Source: an uncultured Candidatus Saccharibacteria bacterium (GTDB lineage Bacteria > Patescibacteriota > Doudnabacteria > UBA920). From it: DNA of 64,000 nucleotides. The notes beneath the pieces were generated by a model. That model was not told where the DNA came from, did no database searches, and saw only the letters and a program-made list of their open reading frames with translations. Of the stretch, positions 7,796-18,573 are shown in pieces. Both the position numbers and the translations under genes were made by a program. The first letter of the stretch is position 1; every line of letters begins with the position of its first letter. The stretch covers positions 2,562 through 66,561 of the forward strand of contig CAYSUI010000002.1 of the NCBI GenBank assembly GCA_964434195.1, in the 5' to 3' direction.

Positions 7796-10546
7796 ATGTC
7801 TTTTTTATCGCGTATATTTTCATTTGAAAAAAATCCATTAGTAACTCATGCTTCAGAGTTAAGAAAAATTAATGGTTTTAGAGAAGAAATTGAAGCACTT
7901 TCGGATGAACAAATTAAGTCAGAAATTCTAAATTATAAAAAAGAATTATCTGAAATTAATGATACTCAGGAAATTTTTAAAAAATTAGCAGAAATCAGAC
8001 CAAGGGTTTTTGCTTTAACAAGAGTAGCTTCTAAGAGAACTATTGGTCAGTTTCATTACGATGTCCAGTTAGGTGGAGGCATTACTCTAACTACTGGGGC
8101 TATAGCCGAAATGAAAACGGGTGAAGGAAAGACACTTACAGCAACACTGCCACTAGTCCTTTTCGCATTGGCAGGTAAGGGTGCGCATTTGGTCACAGTG
8201 AATGACTATCTCGCTCGTTGGCAAGCAAGCCTTATGGGCCCAATATTTAATTTCCTAGGTTTAAGCGTAGCCTCTATTCAGCATGAACAGTCATTTTTAT
8301 ACGACCCAACTTACCAACCAGAAGCAGAAGAAATAGAAAAATTGGAAAGTGGAACCCAGGGTCTAGTGATGGATGTAAAGCATATGCGTCCCATAACCAG
8401 ACGCCAAGCATACGGATCAGATATTACCTACGGTACTAACAATGAGTTCGGTTTCGACTACCTTAGAGACAACATGGTCCAGACTAAACAACAGCTCGTA
8501 CAAAGAGACTTGTTTTTTGCTATTGTTGACGAAGTTGACTCTATTTTAATAGACGAAGCTAGAACCCCGCTTATTATATCTGCGCCAGACACAGAGCCAA
8601 CCAGTAAGTACGTGGAGTTTGCCCGTATAGTCGAAAGGCTCCAGGAAAATGAAGACTATAACATAGACGAGAAGCATAAAGCCGCAACTCTCACTGACGA
8701 CGGGGTCACAAAAATAGAAGGTATTCTTAATGTTCCTAACATTTATGATACTTCTAAAGGTGTGACTACTTTGCACCACATCGAACAAGCTCTAAGAGCA
8801 AAGACTCTCTACAAAATAGACAGAGACTACGTTATTAGAGACGGGGAAGTGGTAATAGTTGATGAATTTACAGGTAGATTAATGTTTGGAAGAAGGTATT
8901 CCGAAGGTCTTCATCAGGCAATAGAGGCTAAAGAAGGGGTAAAAATTCAACAGGAAAGTAAGACCCTCGCGACCATTACTTTCCAAAATCTTTTCAGGTT
9001 ATATAGCAGACTCGCTGGTATGACTGGAACCGCTAAAACAGAAGAAGAAGAATTCTTTAAAATCTATCAGCTCGGAGTTGTTCCTATACCTACCAATAAA
9101 CCAATGGTAAGGAATGATCAGTCAGATATTATCTACAAAACTGAAGACGCAAAATTTAAAGCAATTGCTAAGGAAATAAAAGAAAGACATAAAAAAGGTC
9201 AACCTGTGCTTATTGGTACTGTTAGCATAGCTAAAAACGAAAAACTTACTGAATATTTAAGGCAAGAAGGCGTGCCCTTCGAAATACTCAACGCTAAAAA
9301 CCACGAAAGGGAAGCGCAAATAATTTCCCAAGCAGGACGCCTGGGTGCAGTAACTCTTGCAACTAACATTGCTGGTAGAGGTGTTGACATTTTACTCGGT
9401 GGAAATCCTATAGACCCCAAAGAAGCAGAAGAGGTAAGAGCAGTTGGTGGATTACATGTTTTAGGTACCGAAAGACACGAATCAAGACGTATAGATAACC
9501 AACTTAGAGGTAGAGCAGGTAGGCAAGGTGACCCCGGAAGCTCGCAGTTCTTTGTTAGCATGGAAGACGACCTGCTAAGGCTTTTTGGAGGTGAACGAAT
9601 GAAAGGTATGATGAATACCTTAGGCATAAAAGACGACGAACCTATAGAAGCTAGTCTCGTAAGTAGGTCAATTGAACAAGCCCAGAAAAAAATAGAAGGT
9701 CTGAATTTCGACACCAGAAAGCACGTACTAGAATTCGACGACGTGCTTAATCGCCAAAGAAACATCATTTACAAGCGAAGACGAAAATACCTTAGTGATG
9801 CAGTAGGGGAAGACCAAGAAAACGCACAGGCAGAGCTAGATTCTTCGGCAGAAATAAAAAATGAAATACTAGAGTTAATTAACAAGGAAATTTCCGAAAT
9901 CGTTACCTTTAGCGGTGCTAGTTATGAAAAAACCGAGGAATTCCTAAATGAAATTTATCAAAAAACCTCTACGCTTTTACCTGTCTCAGAAGCAGTAAAA
10001 CAAAGAATACAGCAAGCTTCACAAAACGCCGCAGACAGAGAGTTTGCAATTACTGACGAGCTAACAAAAGCCGCAACAGATGTTTTCGAACAGAAGGAAA
10101 AAGAAATTGGCGAAGAATTATACCTTCGTATATGTCGGTACGTTATCTTGCAGGCCATAGACACTCTCTGGATGGAACATCTAGACACTATGGACCACCT
10201 AAGAGACTCTGTGCGCTTACGTGGTTACGGTCAAAGAGACCCGCTTGTCGAGTACAAACGCGAAGGTTTCAAGTTGTTTGAAAGAATGATAGCAGAAGTA
10301 AACAAACAGGTAGTGTATTCGGTTCTTAAAGTAACTGTTCAAGCAGAAAAACAGCAAGAACAACCAACAATTAGAGCAACAAACCTAGTCACAAACCTTT
10401 CCGATGGTAGCCAAAATTCCACGCCCCACAATTCAGAAAAAGAACCCGGCAGAAACGACCCCTGCCCTTGTGGCTCAGGAAGAAAATATAAAAAGTGTGG
10501 GTTGTTAAATACCTCAGAACATATAAAATTGTCTAACAAAAAATAA
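7796..10546 (+). CDS. secA: Preprotein translocase ATPase SecA
   Basis: MKTGEGKT, VDEVDSILIDEARTPLIIS, QLRGRAGRQGDPG and C-terminal GRNDPCPCGSG. Confidence 0.98.
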   Translation: MSFLSRIFSFEKNPLVTHASELRKINGFREEIEALSDEQIKSEILNYKKELSEINDTQEIFKKLAEIRPRVFALTRVASKRTIGQFHYDVQLGGGITLTTGAIAEMKTGEGKTLTATLPLVLFALAGKGAHLVTVNDYLARWQASLMGPIFNFLGLSVASIQHEQSFLYDPTYQPEAEEIEKLESGTQGLVMDVKHMRPITRRQAYGSDITYGTNNEFGFDYLRDNMVQTKQQLVQRDLFFAIVDEVDSILIDEARTPLIISAPDTEPTSKYVEFARIVERLQENEDYNIDEKHKAATLTDDGVTKIEGILNVPNIYDTSKGVTTLHHIEQALRAKTLYKIDRDYVIRDGEVVIVDEFTGRLMFGRRYSEGLHQAIEAKEGVKIQQESKTLATITFQNLFRLYSRLAGMTGTAKTEEEEFFKIYQLGVVPIPTNKPMVRNDQSDIIYKTEDAKFKAIAKEIKERHKKGQPVLIGTVSIAKNEKLTEYLRQEGVPFEILNAKNHEREAQIISQAGRLGAVTLATNIAGRGVDILLGGNPIDPKEAEEVRAVGGLHVLGTERHESRRIDNQLRGRAGRQGDPGSSQFFVSMEDDLLRLFGGERMKGMMNTLGIKDDEPIEASLVSRSIEQAQKKIEGLNFDTRKHVLEFDDVLNRQRNIIYKRRRKYLSDAVGEDQENAQAELDSSAEIKNEILELINKEISEIVTFSGASYEKTEEFLNEIYQKTSTLLPVSEAVKQRIQQASQNAADREFAITDELTKAATDVFEQKEKEIGEELYLRICRYVILQAIDTLWMEHLDTMDHLRDSVRLRGYGQRDPLVEYKREGFKLFERMIAEVNKQVVYSVLKVTVQAEKQQEQPTIRATNLVTNLSDGSQNSTPHNSEKEPGRNDPCPCGSGRKYKKCGLLNTSEHIKLSNKK

Positions 10547-10646
10547 AAAGACCCAAAATTCAAAGGGTCACGCTTGCTCGTTTTCATTGCTTGAGTTATT
10601 TGCTATAGAAGTGTAAAATATTCAAACAAATTAAATGAAAGAATAA

Positions 10647-10931
10647 ATGAAAGACTACCTTAAAAAAGAACCAACCCGTAGCGAAAGAGCCTTGTACGAA
10701 ATGGCAATGCACCTCCAGCACCTTGACCGAAGCCTTATTTCCAACTCAGCTCACGCAGTAGCTCTCGGAATGTTACTAGACATCAAACCTGAAAAAATCG
10801 CCGAAATCTTAGTAAACAGCAACGACAAAATTAAAGAATATGGCCAAGCCATAAACGCTGAAATCGAAAAACTAGAATCAGCAAAACGCGCCAAAACCCC
10901 AGAACCAGAGTCAGAACAAAAAAGCGAGTAA
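10647..10931 (+). CDS. Hypothetical small helical protein
   Basis: 94-aa ORF filling the gap after secA; hairpin plus T-run at its stop. Confidence 0.65.
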   Translation: MKDYLKKEPTRSERALYEMAMHLQHLDRSLISNSAHAVALGMLLDIKPEKIAEILVNSNDKIKEYGQAINAEIEKLESAKRAKTPEPESEQKSE

Positions 10932-10969
10932 CCCTCGCTTTTTTTAATTCCACAGTCTAATATTAATTT

Positions 10970-11515
10970 ATGCTTAATATAGTAACAGGAAGCAAGAATA
11001 AATTTTTAGATTTAGAGGCAGCATTAACACCCATAGAAGTTACCCACACCGTAATGGAACTAGACGAAATTCAGTCCCTGGATGGCAAGATGGTTATAGA
11101 GCATAAACTCAGACAGGCTCTAGGAAAAAACCCAGTTGGTGAGTTCATAATCGACGACAGGTCTCTATCTATAGAGGGTTTAGGGGGTTTACCTGGAACC
11201 CTAGTAAAATGGTTTTTAGAGACCGTTGGGGTAGAGGGAATATACAATTTCACCAAAAGCTCTAATTCAAAAAAAGCCACAGCGAGGGCTTGGGTAGGTT
11301 ATTCAGACGGAAGGGGAGAGCTTCACTACTTTCTGGGAGAAGTCGAAGGGCAAATAGTTGAGCCAAGGGGGGAACTTGATTACGGTTGGGGTCCAATATT
11401 CTTACCAAACGGAAGCTCTAGAACTTTTGGCGAAATGGATAAAACAGAAAAAGCAAAATTTAGCCATTTTGGTAAGGCGCTTGAACAATTTAAAAATTAC
11501 TATTTAAATAAATGA
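10970..11515 (+). CDS. Ham1/RdgB-family NTP pyrophosphatase (variant motifs)
   Basis: ELDEIQ, DDRSL..EGLGGLPG..VKWF, GWGPIF, TFGEM...K..FSH. Confidence 0.85.
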   Translation: MLNIVTGSKNKFLDLEAALTPIEVTHTVMELDEIQSLDGKMVIEHKLRQALGKNPVGEFIIDDRSLSIEGLGGLPGTLVKWFLETVGVEGIYNFTKSSNSKKATARAWVGYSDGRGELHYFLGEVEGQIVEPRGELDYGWGPIFLPNGSSRTFGEMDKTEKAKFSHFGKALEQFKNYYLNK

Positions 11516-11946
11516 ACGACGAAATAGATAAAATAATAGATCGAGATTTTGGGGCGACCGCTTTATTGTTTGATACCCAAGGTCGTTTAATTCTTCAAAA
11601 AAGAGACAGTAAGTTGGGTGTTTATAGAGCAGGATTAATTGGTTTGTTCGGTGGTACTGGAGACCAGGGAGAAACTCCATTTGGCGCCATCCAAAGAGAA
11701 CTTTTTGAAGAACTAGAACTTCAGGGTACCAGAGGAGATATTAAGTTATTTAAGACTTACGAAGGTATTATTCATCCCGAATATCCGAGGCCAGAATTCG
11801 TTTTTATAATAACTGGTATTAATCCAGAGAAATTAATACTTCACGAAGGCGAAGCAATTATATATGCCATACCAGAAGAATTAGAAGCTCCGAAAATGTG
11901 TATGGGTTGTCATCAAGTCATTAAAGAATATTACGAAAAACACTAA
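11512..11946 (+). CDS. NUDIX hydrolase
   Basis: Nudix box GG...GE...AIQRELFEEL; ATGA overlap with the upstream gene. Confidence 0.85.
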   Translation: MNDEIDKIIDRDFGATALLFDTQGRLILQKRDSKLGVYRAGLIGLFGGTGDQGETPFGAIQRELFEELELQGTRGDIKLFKTYEGIIHPEYPRPEFVFIITGINPEKLILHEGEAIIYAIPEELEAPKMCMGCHQVIKEYYEKH

Positions 11947-14514
11947 ATGGAAAAAAATATAAAGAACAGCGTTAGACTAACAAAAAATGTAAGCCCCATT
12001 GCATATAAGATTATTTTAACACCCGATTTAGAAGGCTTTTTATATAAAGGCGAAGAAGTTATTAAAATAAAAGTTAGCAAAAAGACCAGTGAAATAGTTC
12101 TACATGCGCGGGAATTACTAATTGACCATACTAAAGTTTTTTTGTCACAAGGAAAGCTAAGGGTGGGTGTAAAGGAATTAGTTTGGAAAAAAGAAACCGA
12201 GACGGTCACTTTTATTCTGAATAATTCAATTGCACCCGGTACATATAATTTCTTTTTAGAATTCGAAGGAAAATTATCAGATTCCCTTCGCGGTTTTTAT
12301 CGTGCTAAGTACGAATACGAGGGTAAACAAAAATTTATTGCGACCACACAGTTCGAGGCAACGGATGCAAGGGCTGCTTTTCCGTGTTTCGATGAGCCAG
12401 CCAAAAAAGCTAAATTTGAAGTCTCTTTCGTCATTCCAAAACACCTTGAAGCTATCTCGAATACGGTACCAGTATCTGTCGAAGAGCATGCAGGAAATTA
12501 TAAAAAAATTAATTTCGCTTCCACTCCAATAATGTCTACCTACCTGCTTGCTTTCATAGTAGGGGAATTTGAATACCTAGAAGGTAAGACAAAAGATGGG
12601 ATACAAGTTAGGGTTTTTGTAACGCCAGGGAAAAAGCACCAAGCTAAATTCGCTTTAGACGTTTCCATAAGGACTCTAGAATTTTTTAATAAATTTTTCG
12701 GAATAAAATACCCTCTTAAAAATTTAGACATGATCGGTATTCCAGATTTTGCAGCTGGGGCTATGGAAAATTGGGGCGCAGTTACCTACAGGGAATCACA
12801 GCTCTTGGTAGATGAACTCCAATCATCGGCCAGCACAAAACAATGGACTGCTTTAACCATTGCCCACGAATTGGCTCATCAATGGTTTGGTAATTTAGTG
12901 ACCATGGAATGGTGGACCCATCTTTGGTTAAATGAAGGCTTCGCTTCTTACATCGAATATGTTGCTGTTGATCATCTTTTTCCTGAATGGGAAATTTGGA
13001 AACAATTCGTATATATAGACTTTAATACAGCTCTGGAATTAGATTGTTTAGACAACACACATCCGGTTGAGGTTGAGGTGCATCACCCAGACGAAATAGG
13101 AGAAATCTTCGATGCAATTAGTTACCACAAGGGAGCTAGTATTATTCGCATGCTTGCAGAATATCTCGGGGAAGATAACTTCAAAAAAGGCTTAAGTTAT
13201 TATCTAAAAAACCACGCTTATGGTAATGCCGAAACAGAGGATCTTTGGAGAGCATTTGAAAAAATAAGCAAGAAGCCTGTCCGCAATTTAATGAAAATCT
13301 GGACTTCAAAATCTGGTTACCCTTACCTGGATATAAAACAGTCAAAAAAAGGGTTTAGTTTTAAGCAAGGCAGATTTCTCAGTAATCCTAAATCACAAGC
13401 AAATTCCAAAGATAAAACTATATGGGGTATACCTCTGGAAGTCATTCATGCTCAAGGTAAAGCTAAACTACTTATAAACAAGAAATCTGGGGAAATTAAC
13501 CACGGAGATAGTAAAAATTGGATAAAATTAAATTCCTCAGAAACTACTCCTGTCAGAGTAAATTATTCACCAGAAATTTTAGAATTACTAATTCCTCAAA
13601 TCGAAACAAATAAATTAAACGCTATAGATAGGTTAGGGTTAATAAGAGATCGTTTCGCTTTTGCGGAAAACGGCAGGTCAACTACAGTGGAAGCTCTCAA
13701 ATTAGCTAAAGCTTATAAAAACGACCGTGACTACAACGTCTGGGCAGAACTTAGTACTAGACTCTCTGAGTTGAATTCATTATTTCATGACGAAAAATTT
13801 TATCCAGCTTTAGATAATTTTATAGGTGAATTATATATACCACTAGTTGAACACTTGGGTTTCTCTCCCCAAAAAAATGAACCGCATATAACAAGCATGT
13901 TCAGGTCACTCGCCCTATCACAAGCAGGAATTCATAAAAATGAATCTGTTATAAATTGGGCGAAAAAACAGTTTAAGCAAATTAACACCATACACCCGGA
14001 CCTAAGAGGTGTGGTCTATGGGCTCGCTGTAAAATATGGAGGTGAGCAGGAGTTTAATAAGTTACTAAATCGTTATAAGCAAGAACAAATGGCAGAGGAA
14101 AGGAATAGACTAGCTAGGGGTTTGGGTCAAGCTCAGAACAAGGCTCTGGTTTCTAAGCTACTCGAATTTAGTCTTTCCAAAAAAGTAAAACTCCAAGACG
14201 CACCAAGTTTAATTTCATCTACTTGGTCAAATCATAGCTCATGGGAACTAGTCTTTGCTTTTATAAAAAATAATTGGCAGTACTTATCAAAAACTTATGG
14301 CGATGGGGGACATACATTATCCAGAATCATAATGCCAGCGAAAGTGCTTCATTCTAATAAGCACTTGCAAGATTTCAAGAAATTCTTCGCAAAAAACGAA
14401 GCACCCGGTGCAAAACGTGCTGTGCTTCAAGTTTCAGAGCAAATAGAAAGTAATATTCTCTGGTTAGAAAGAGATAAAAATTCAGTTAAGAATTTTTTAT
14501 CCTCTAGAGTTTAA
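11947..14514 (+). CDS. pepN: M1 family zinc aminopeptidase (puromycin-sensitive/PepN type)
   Basis: TQFEATDAR, GAMENWG, HELAHQWFG...LWLNEGFA. Confidence 0.95.
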   Translation: MEKNIKNSVRLTKNVSPIAYKIILTPDLEGFLYKGEEVIKIKVSKKTSEIVLHARELLIDHTKVFLSQGKLRVGVKELVWKKETETVTFILNNSIAPGTYNFFLEFEGKLSDSLRGFYRAKYEYEGKQKFIATTQFEATDARAAFPCFDEPAKKAKFEVSFVIPKHLEAISNTVPVSVEEHAGNYKKINFASTPIMSTYLLAFIVGEFEYLEGKTKDGIQVRVFVTPGKKHQAKFALDVSIRTLEFFNKFFGIKYPLKNLDMIGIPDFAAGAMENWGAVTYRESQLLVDELQSSASTKQWTALTIAHELAHQWFGNLVTMEWWTHLWLNEGFASYIEYVAVDHLFPEWEIWKQFVYIDFNTALELDCLDNTHPVEVEVHHPDEIGEIFDAISYHKGASIIRMLAEYLGEDNFKKGLSYYLKNHAYGNAETEDLWRAFEKISKKPVRNLMKIWTSKSGYPYLDIKQSKKGFSFKQGRFLSNPKSQANSKDKTIWGIPLEVIHAQGKAKLLINKKSGEINHGDSKNWIKLNSSETTPVRVNYSPEILELLIPQIETNKLNAIDRLGLIRDRFAFAENGRSTTVEALKLAKAYKNDRDYNVWAELSTRLSELNSLFHDEKFYPALDNFIGELYIPLVEHLGFSPQKNEPHITSMFRSLALSQAGIHKNESVINWAKKQFKQINTIHPDLRGVVYGLAVKYGGEQEFNKLLNRYKQEQMAEERNRLARGLGQAQNKALVSKLLEFSLSKKVKLQDAPSLISSTWSNHSSWELVFAFIKNNWQYLSKTYGDGGHTLSRIIMPAKVLHSNKHLQDFKKFFAKNEAPGAKRAVLQVSEQIESNILWLERDKNSVKNFLSSRV

Positions 14515-14538
14515 CCTGCGCCGTGTTAAAATATTTAC

Positions 14539-15135
14539 ATGCGTAAGTTATTAGTATTGTTTTTGCTTTTCATGCTTTTTCCGGTTCGAGCATTAGCACA
14601 AGTCAAGGTCGAATCACCCATAGACAGTGATTCGGATGGATTGTCTGATACTGAAGAATTGGATATATACCACACAGACCCTAATCATCCGGACACCGAC
14701 CAGGATGGTTTTCTGGATGGTAGCGAGGTTAAATATAATTTTGACCCAAATCAAAAAGCACCTGGTGATAGATTAGCAAAACGCATAGAAGTAGATCTAA
14801 AAAAACAAGAATTAACATATAGTTTAGGCCAATACAATATAAAAACTATTTTAGTATCGACTGGCACCCGTTCTACCCCTACACCTAAAGGAACATACAA
14901 AATAGGCCGAAAGTTGCCGGTCCATCTCTATAAAGGTTCTAACTATTATTTTCCAAATACTCGTTGGAATATGCATTTTGCTACAAGTAAGGGTGGAAAT
15001 TTGTACATTCACGGCGCATATTGGCATAATAATTTCGGAAAACCCATGTCACACGGTTGTGTAAATGTCTCTTATGCGGAAATGGAGCCGCTTTACAACT
15101 GGGCAGATCCGGGTACAGTCGTAACGATTAAATAA
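14539..15135 (+). CDS. Secreted L,D-transpeptidase (YkuD) with DxDxDG Ca-binding repeats
   Basis: Signal peptide; DSDSDGLSD and DTDQDGFLD repeats; IHGAYWH...SHGCVN catalytic motif. Confidence 0.9.
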   Translation: MRKLLVLFLLFMLFPVRALAQVKVESPIDSDSDGLSDTEELDIYHTDPNHPDTDQDGFLDGSEVKYNFDPNQKAPGDRLAKRIEVDLKKQELTYSLGQYNIKTILVSTGTRSTPTPKGTYKIGRKLPVHLYKGSNYYFPNTRWNMHFATSKGGNLYIHGAYWHNNFGKPMSHGCVNVSYAEMEPLYNWADPGTVVTIK

Positions 15136-15143
15136 ACTAGACA

Positions 15144-15983
15144 ATGAAAGTAGTAATTACAGGCTCTAATGGTTATTTGGGGGCAAGGTTATTTGAATAT
15201 TTCAAAAAAAATTTGGAAGGACAAGTATATGGTACTTATCTTAGCGGTGGAAGTGGTGCTGAAACAGAACAATCAAATACATTTCTTTTAGACATAACTC
15301 AAAGAGAAAATGTCGAAAGAGTATTTGCAGCAATTAAGCCAGATGTCGTCATACATTCGGCAGCTATAGCACATGGTGACAGTTCTAACGACTCAAGTCT
15401 TCTGAGAGAAGTAAATATAAAAGGTACAGAAAACGTGGTTGAGGAAGCAAGGAAATACAACTCTAAAATCCTTTATGTATCAACTATTGGTGCTCTGACA
15501 AATAGTGAATATGGGAAAAGTAAATTGCAGGGTGAAAAGATTGTCCAAAACTCTTTTTTAGAATTCTGCATAGTTAGGCCAAGTTTAATTATTGGAATAA
15601 GTCCCAATCGGGACCCCGCCATTACTTTTAATAACATAATAGAAGGTATAAAAACCGATACCCCTGTTATTTTAGATAGTGAATGGAAATTCCAACCTTC
15701 CTGGATAGATCATGTGGCAGAAGTCATTTATGCATGGGTAACTGGTAAGTTTAGCGACCAAGGCCCAATTTATCCTCTGGTTCCAGAAGTAAAAAGTCGG
15801 TTTGAAGTAGCCCAGGATTTGCTTAGCCACTTCAATAAAACTGCTACAGCAATAGAGAATCCAAGATATGAAGAAAATGAGCTAATAGGACAAGAAAGCT
15901 TGGTAAGGAACAATTTACCTGTATATTCTTACCAAAACATAATAGATACCATAGTAAAGCAAGTTACCGAAATGAAAATCTAA
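15144..15983 (+). CDS. Extended SDR, NAD-dependent epimerase/dTDP-sugar reductase-like
   Basis: TGSNGYLG, VIHSAA, YGKSK. Confidence 0.85.
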   Translation: MKVVITGSNGYLGARLFEYFKKNLEGQVYGTYLSGGSGAETEQSNTFLLDITQRENVERVFAAIKPDVVIHSAAIAHGDSSNDSSLLREVNIKGTENVVEEARKYNSKILYVSTIGALTNSEYGKSKLQGEKIVQNSFLEFCIVRPSLIIGISPNRDPAITFNNIIEGIKTDTPVILDSEWKFQPSWIDHVAEVIYAWVTGKFSDQGPIYPLVPEVKSRFEVAQDLLSHFNKTATAIENPRYEENELIGQESLVRNNLPVYSYQNIIDTIVKQVTEMKI

Positions 15984-16081
15984 AATAAATAGAAGATTAA
16001 ATTCTCTATCGTTGCCTCAAATTAATACTTTATATATACTATTTAAGAGTTTTTTAAATAAGAAAAATACATAATCAGAAT

Positions 16082-17551
16082 ATGAAAAAAAGACTGTATT
16101 TCGGGTTATTTTTTATTTTACTTCTCGCCGCAGCGAGTTTGTGGGTAGACCACCCGAAGGGTTCCAGGATAGACCTAAATAAAATAAAAATTCCTTATAA
16201 GCAGGAGTTTAAGACAAGGCTAGGGTTAGATCTTCAAGGTGGGTCTCACTTAGAATATAAAGCAGATTTAAATAGCATCAAAGAAGCGGATAGAAGAGAC
16301 GCAATGCAATCTATACGCGACGTTGTAGAGAGAAGAGTGAATAGCTTCGGCGTTGCCGAGCCAAATGTATCAGTCGAAGGCCAGGATAAATTAATAGTTG
16401 AACTTCCAGGAATTAAAAACATAGATGAAGCAATTAACCAAATTGGCCAGACCCCAACTTTGGAATTTAAGGTAGAAAACACACAGTTTCAAACAAGCAC
16501 AAATCCAGATGGCACAGTAAGCGTCAAAGGTGGTGATCCTTGGAATTCTACCGGATTATCGGGTAAGCAGTTAAAAAGAGCTACGGCTGATATACAACAA
16601 AGCAGGGGAATCGGTGGAGAAATTATTGTCCGTCTAGAATTTAATGACGAGGGAACAAAATTATTTTCTGAGCTAACCACACAAAATGTGGGAAAAAGAA
16701 TAGCAATATTTTTGGATGGGCAAATAATATCAGCACCAACTGTCCAGAACGCTATTACAGACGGCGTAGCAATAATTACTGGTAACTTTACAGCTAAGGA
16801 AGCTAAAGAGTTGGCTACAAGACTGAACAGCGGAGCTCTGCCTGTTCCTATTAAGCTTGTGTCTCAACAGAATGTCGGTGCTACTTTAGGAAAAGAATCT
16901 ATACAAAAATCAATTATCGCAGGTCTAATCGGCTTATTACTGATTGTAATATTCATGATTACAAATTATAGACTACCAGGTTTAATGGCGGTTTTTGCTC
17001 TTTTGGTATATACACTACTTTCTTTCGCAATATTTAAAATCGGAATTTCAATCACTGCCGTAATTTTAGTAGGGTTATTCTTCTTTATGAGTTTAACCGT
17101 AAGTGGTTGGTTTGGGGCTTTGGCATTAATAAGTTACATATTACTCATGGTGCTAAAAGGCCTCTCCCCGGTAACACTCACATTGGCAGGTATCGCAGGA
17201 TTTATACTCTCCATTGGTATGGCTGTAGATGCAAACATTCTTATCTTCGAAAGACTTAAAGAGGAGCTTAGAGCTGGTAAACAGGTGGGAAGAGCAGTTG
17301 AAGACGGATTCAGTAGAGCTTGGTTATCAATCAGAGACTCTAACATATCAAGTCTAATTACCACAATTATCTTGTACATGTTCGGTACACCAAGTATTAA
17401 AGGGTTCGCTGTTACTCTTGGTATAGGTATTATTATCTCAATGTTCACTGCAATCACAATCACCAGAACACTCCTAAAATTATTCTTATCTAGTAACTTA
17501 CTAAGTCATCCTATTCTTTTTGGTGTTAAAGCAGAAAGGACAGAAAAATAA
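16082..17551 (+). CDS. secD: Protein translocase subunit SecD
   Basis: LGLDLQGG, SGALPVP, IGMAVDANILIFER. Confidence 0.97.
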   Translation: MKKRLYFGLFFILLLAAASLWVDHPKGSRIDLNKIKIPYKQEFKTRLGLDLQGGSHLEYKADLNSIKEADRRDAMQSIRDVVERRVNSFGVAEPNVSVEGQDKLIVELPGIKNIDEAINQIGQTPTLEFKVENTQFQTSTNPDGTVSVKGGDPWNSTGLSGKQLKRATADIQQSRGIGGEIIVRLEFNDEGTKLFSELTTQNVGKRIAIFLDGQIISAPTVQNAITDGVAIITGNFTAKEAKELATRLNSGALPVPIKLVSQQNVGATLGKESIQKSIIAGLIGLLLIVIFMITNYRLPGLMAVFALLVYTLLSFAIFKIGISITAVILVGLFFFMSLTVSGWFGALALISYILLMVLKGLSPVTLTLAGIAGFILSIGMAVDANILIFERLKEELRAGKQVGRAVEDGFSRAWLSIRDSNISSLITTIILYMFGTPSIKGFAVTLGIGIIISMFTAITITRTLLKLFLSSNLLSHPILFGVKAERTEK

Positions 17552-18447
17552 TGAAAATTTTAAATTACTACAAATTTCTTTTCATTGCATCGGGAGCAAT
17601 ACTGATTTTCGGGGTAGTCTCAATGCTCACCTTTGGTTTTAAATTCGGTATAGATTTTAAAGGTGGTACTATTAACGAGATTAGATTTAATAAAAAAGTA
17701 GAATCAACCGCTATAAGACAAGTACTGAATGAACAAGGCCTAAAAAACTTTCAAGTACAATCCGCCGGTGAAAATGGGTTTATTATAAAAACCGAAAGTC
17801 TGGAAAAAGAAAAACACGATAAGATAACGGCTGAACTAAAAAAGAAAGTAGGCGAGTTCGAAGAAAAAAGATTCGAGTCTTTCGGGCCTATAGTTGGCCA
17901 AGAACTCAGGCAAAAAGCCCTATATCAGCTAATACTAGTCTCCTTAGGTATTGTTCTTTATATAGCTTATGCTTTTAGAAAAGTTCAGAAACCTTTAACA
18001 TCTTGGCAATTTGGTATCGCTGCTATAATTGCTCTGCTTCACGACCTTTTAGTGGTTATGGGTATTTTTTCTATATTAGGTCATTACCGTGGTGTAGAAA
18101 TAGACTCAATGTTTGTTACAGCGATGCTAACCGTTTTAGGTTTCTCAGTACATGACACTATAGTTGTTTTCGATAGAATTAGAGAAAATATGAAGGTCTA
18201 TGCTGGTGAAAAGATAGAATTTGTAGTAAATCATAGTATTACTCAGACCCTGGTAAGGTCATTAAATACCAGTTTAACTGTTCTTTTTGTCTTATTAGCC
18301 CTACTTCTTTTCGGTGGGGAGAGTATAAGGTACTTCGTTTTGGCCTTATTCATCGGGATAATCACTGGTACTTATTCTTCCATCTTTGTCGCAAGTCCAA
18401 TTTTGGTTCTTTGGCAAAACTATAAAAATAGCAAAAGAAGAAACTAG
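17551..18447 (+). CDS. secF: Protein translocase subunit SecF
   Basis: GIDFKGG, GFSVHDTIVVFDRIREN, RSLNTS, GTYSSIF. Confidence 0.97.
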   Translation: MKILNYYKFLFIASGAILIFGVVSMLTFGFKFGIDFKGGTINEIRFNKKVESTAIRQVLNEQGLKNFQVQSAGENGFIIKTESLEKEKHDKITAELKKKVGEFEEKRFESFGPIVGQELRQKALYQLILVSLGIVLYIAYAFRKVQKPLTSWQFGIAAIIALLHDLLVVMGIFSILGHYRGVEIDSMFVTAMLTVLGFSVHDTIVVFDRIRENMKVYAGEKIEFVVNHSITQTLVRSLNTSLTVLFVLLALLLFGGESIRYFVLALFIGIITGTYSSIFVASPILVLWQNYKNSKRRN

Positions 18448-18450
18448 TCC

Positions 18451-18480
18451 AAAAATCCGCATTAGAATGCGGATTTTTTT
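18451..18480 (+). terminator. Intrinsic terminator after secDF
   Basis: AAAAATCCGCATT/AATGCGGATTTTT stem followed by a T-run. Confidence 0.8.
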
Positions 18481-18492
18481 ATAACATATTTG

Positions 18493-18521
18493 TTGACAAT
18501 AGTCTTTTTTTATGATATACT
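18493..18521 (+). promoter_or_regulatory. Sigma70 promoter
   Basis: TTGACA, 17 nt, TATACT with upstream TG. Confidence 0.75.
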
Positions 18522-18573
18522 AAGACAAATTGGTAAACATATTTGATGCTTTATAGCTAGATTACTTATATTT

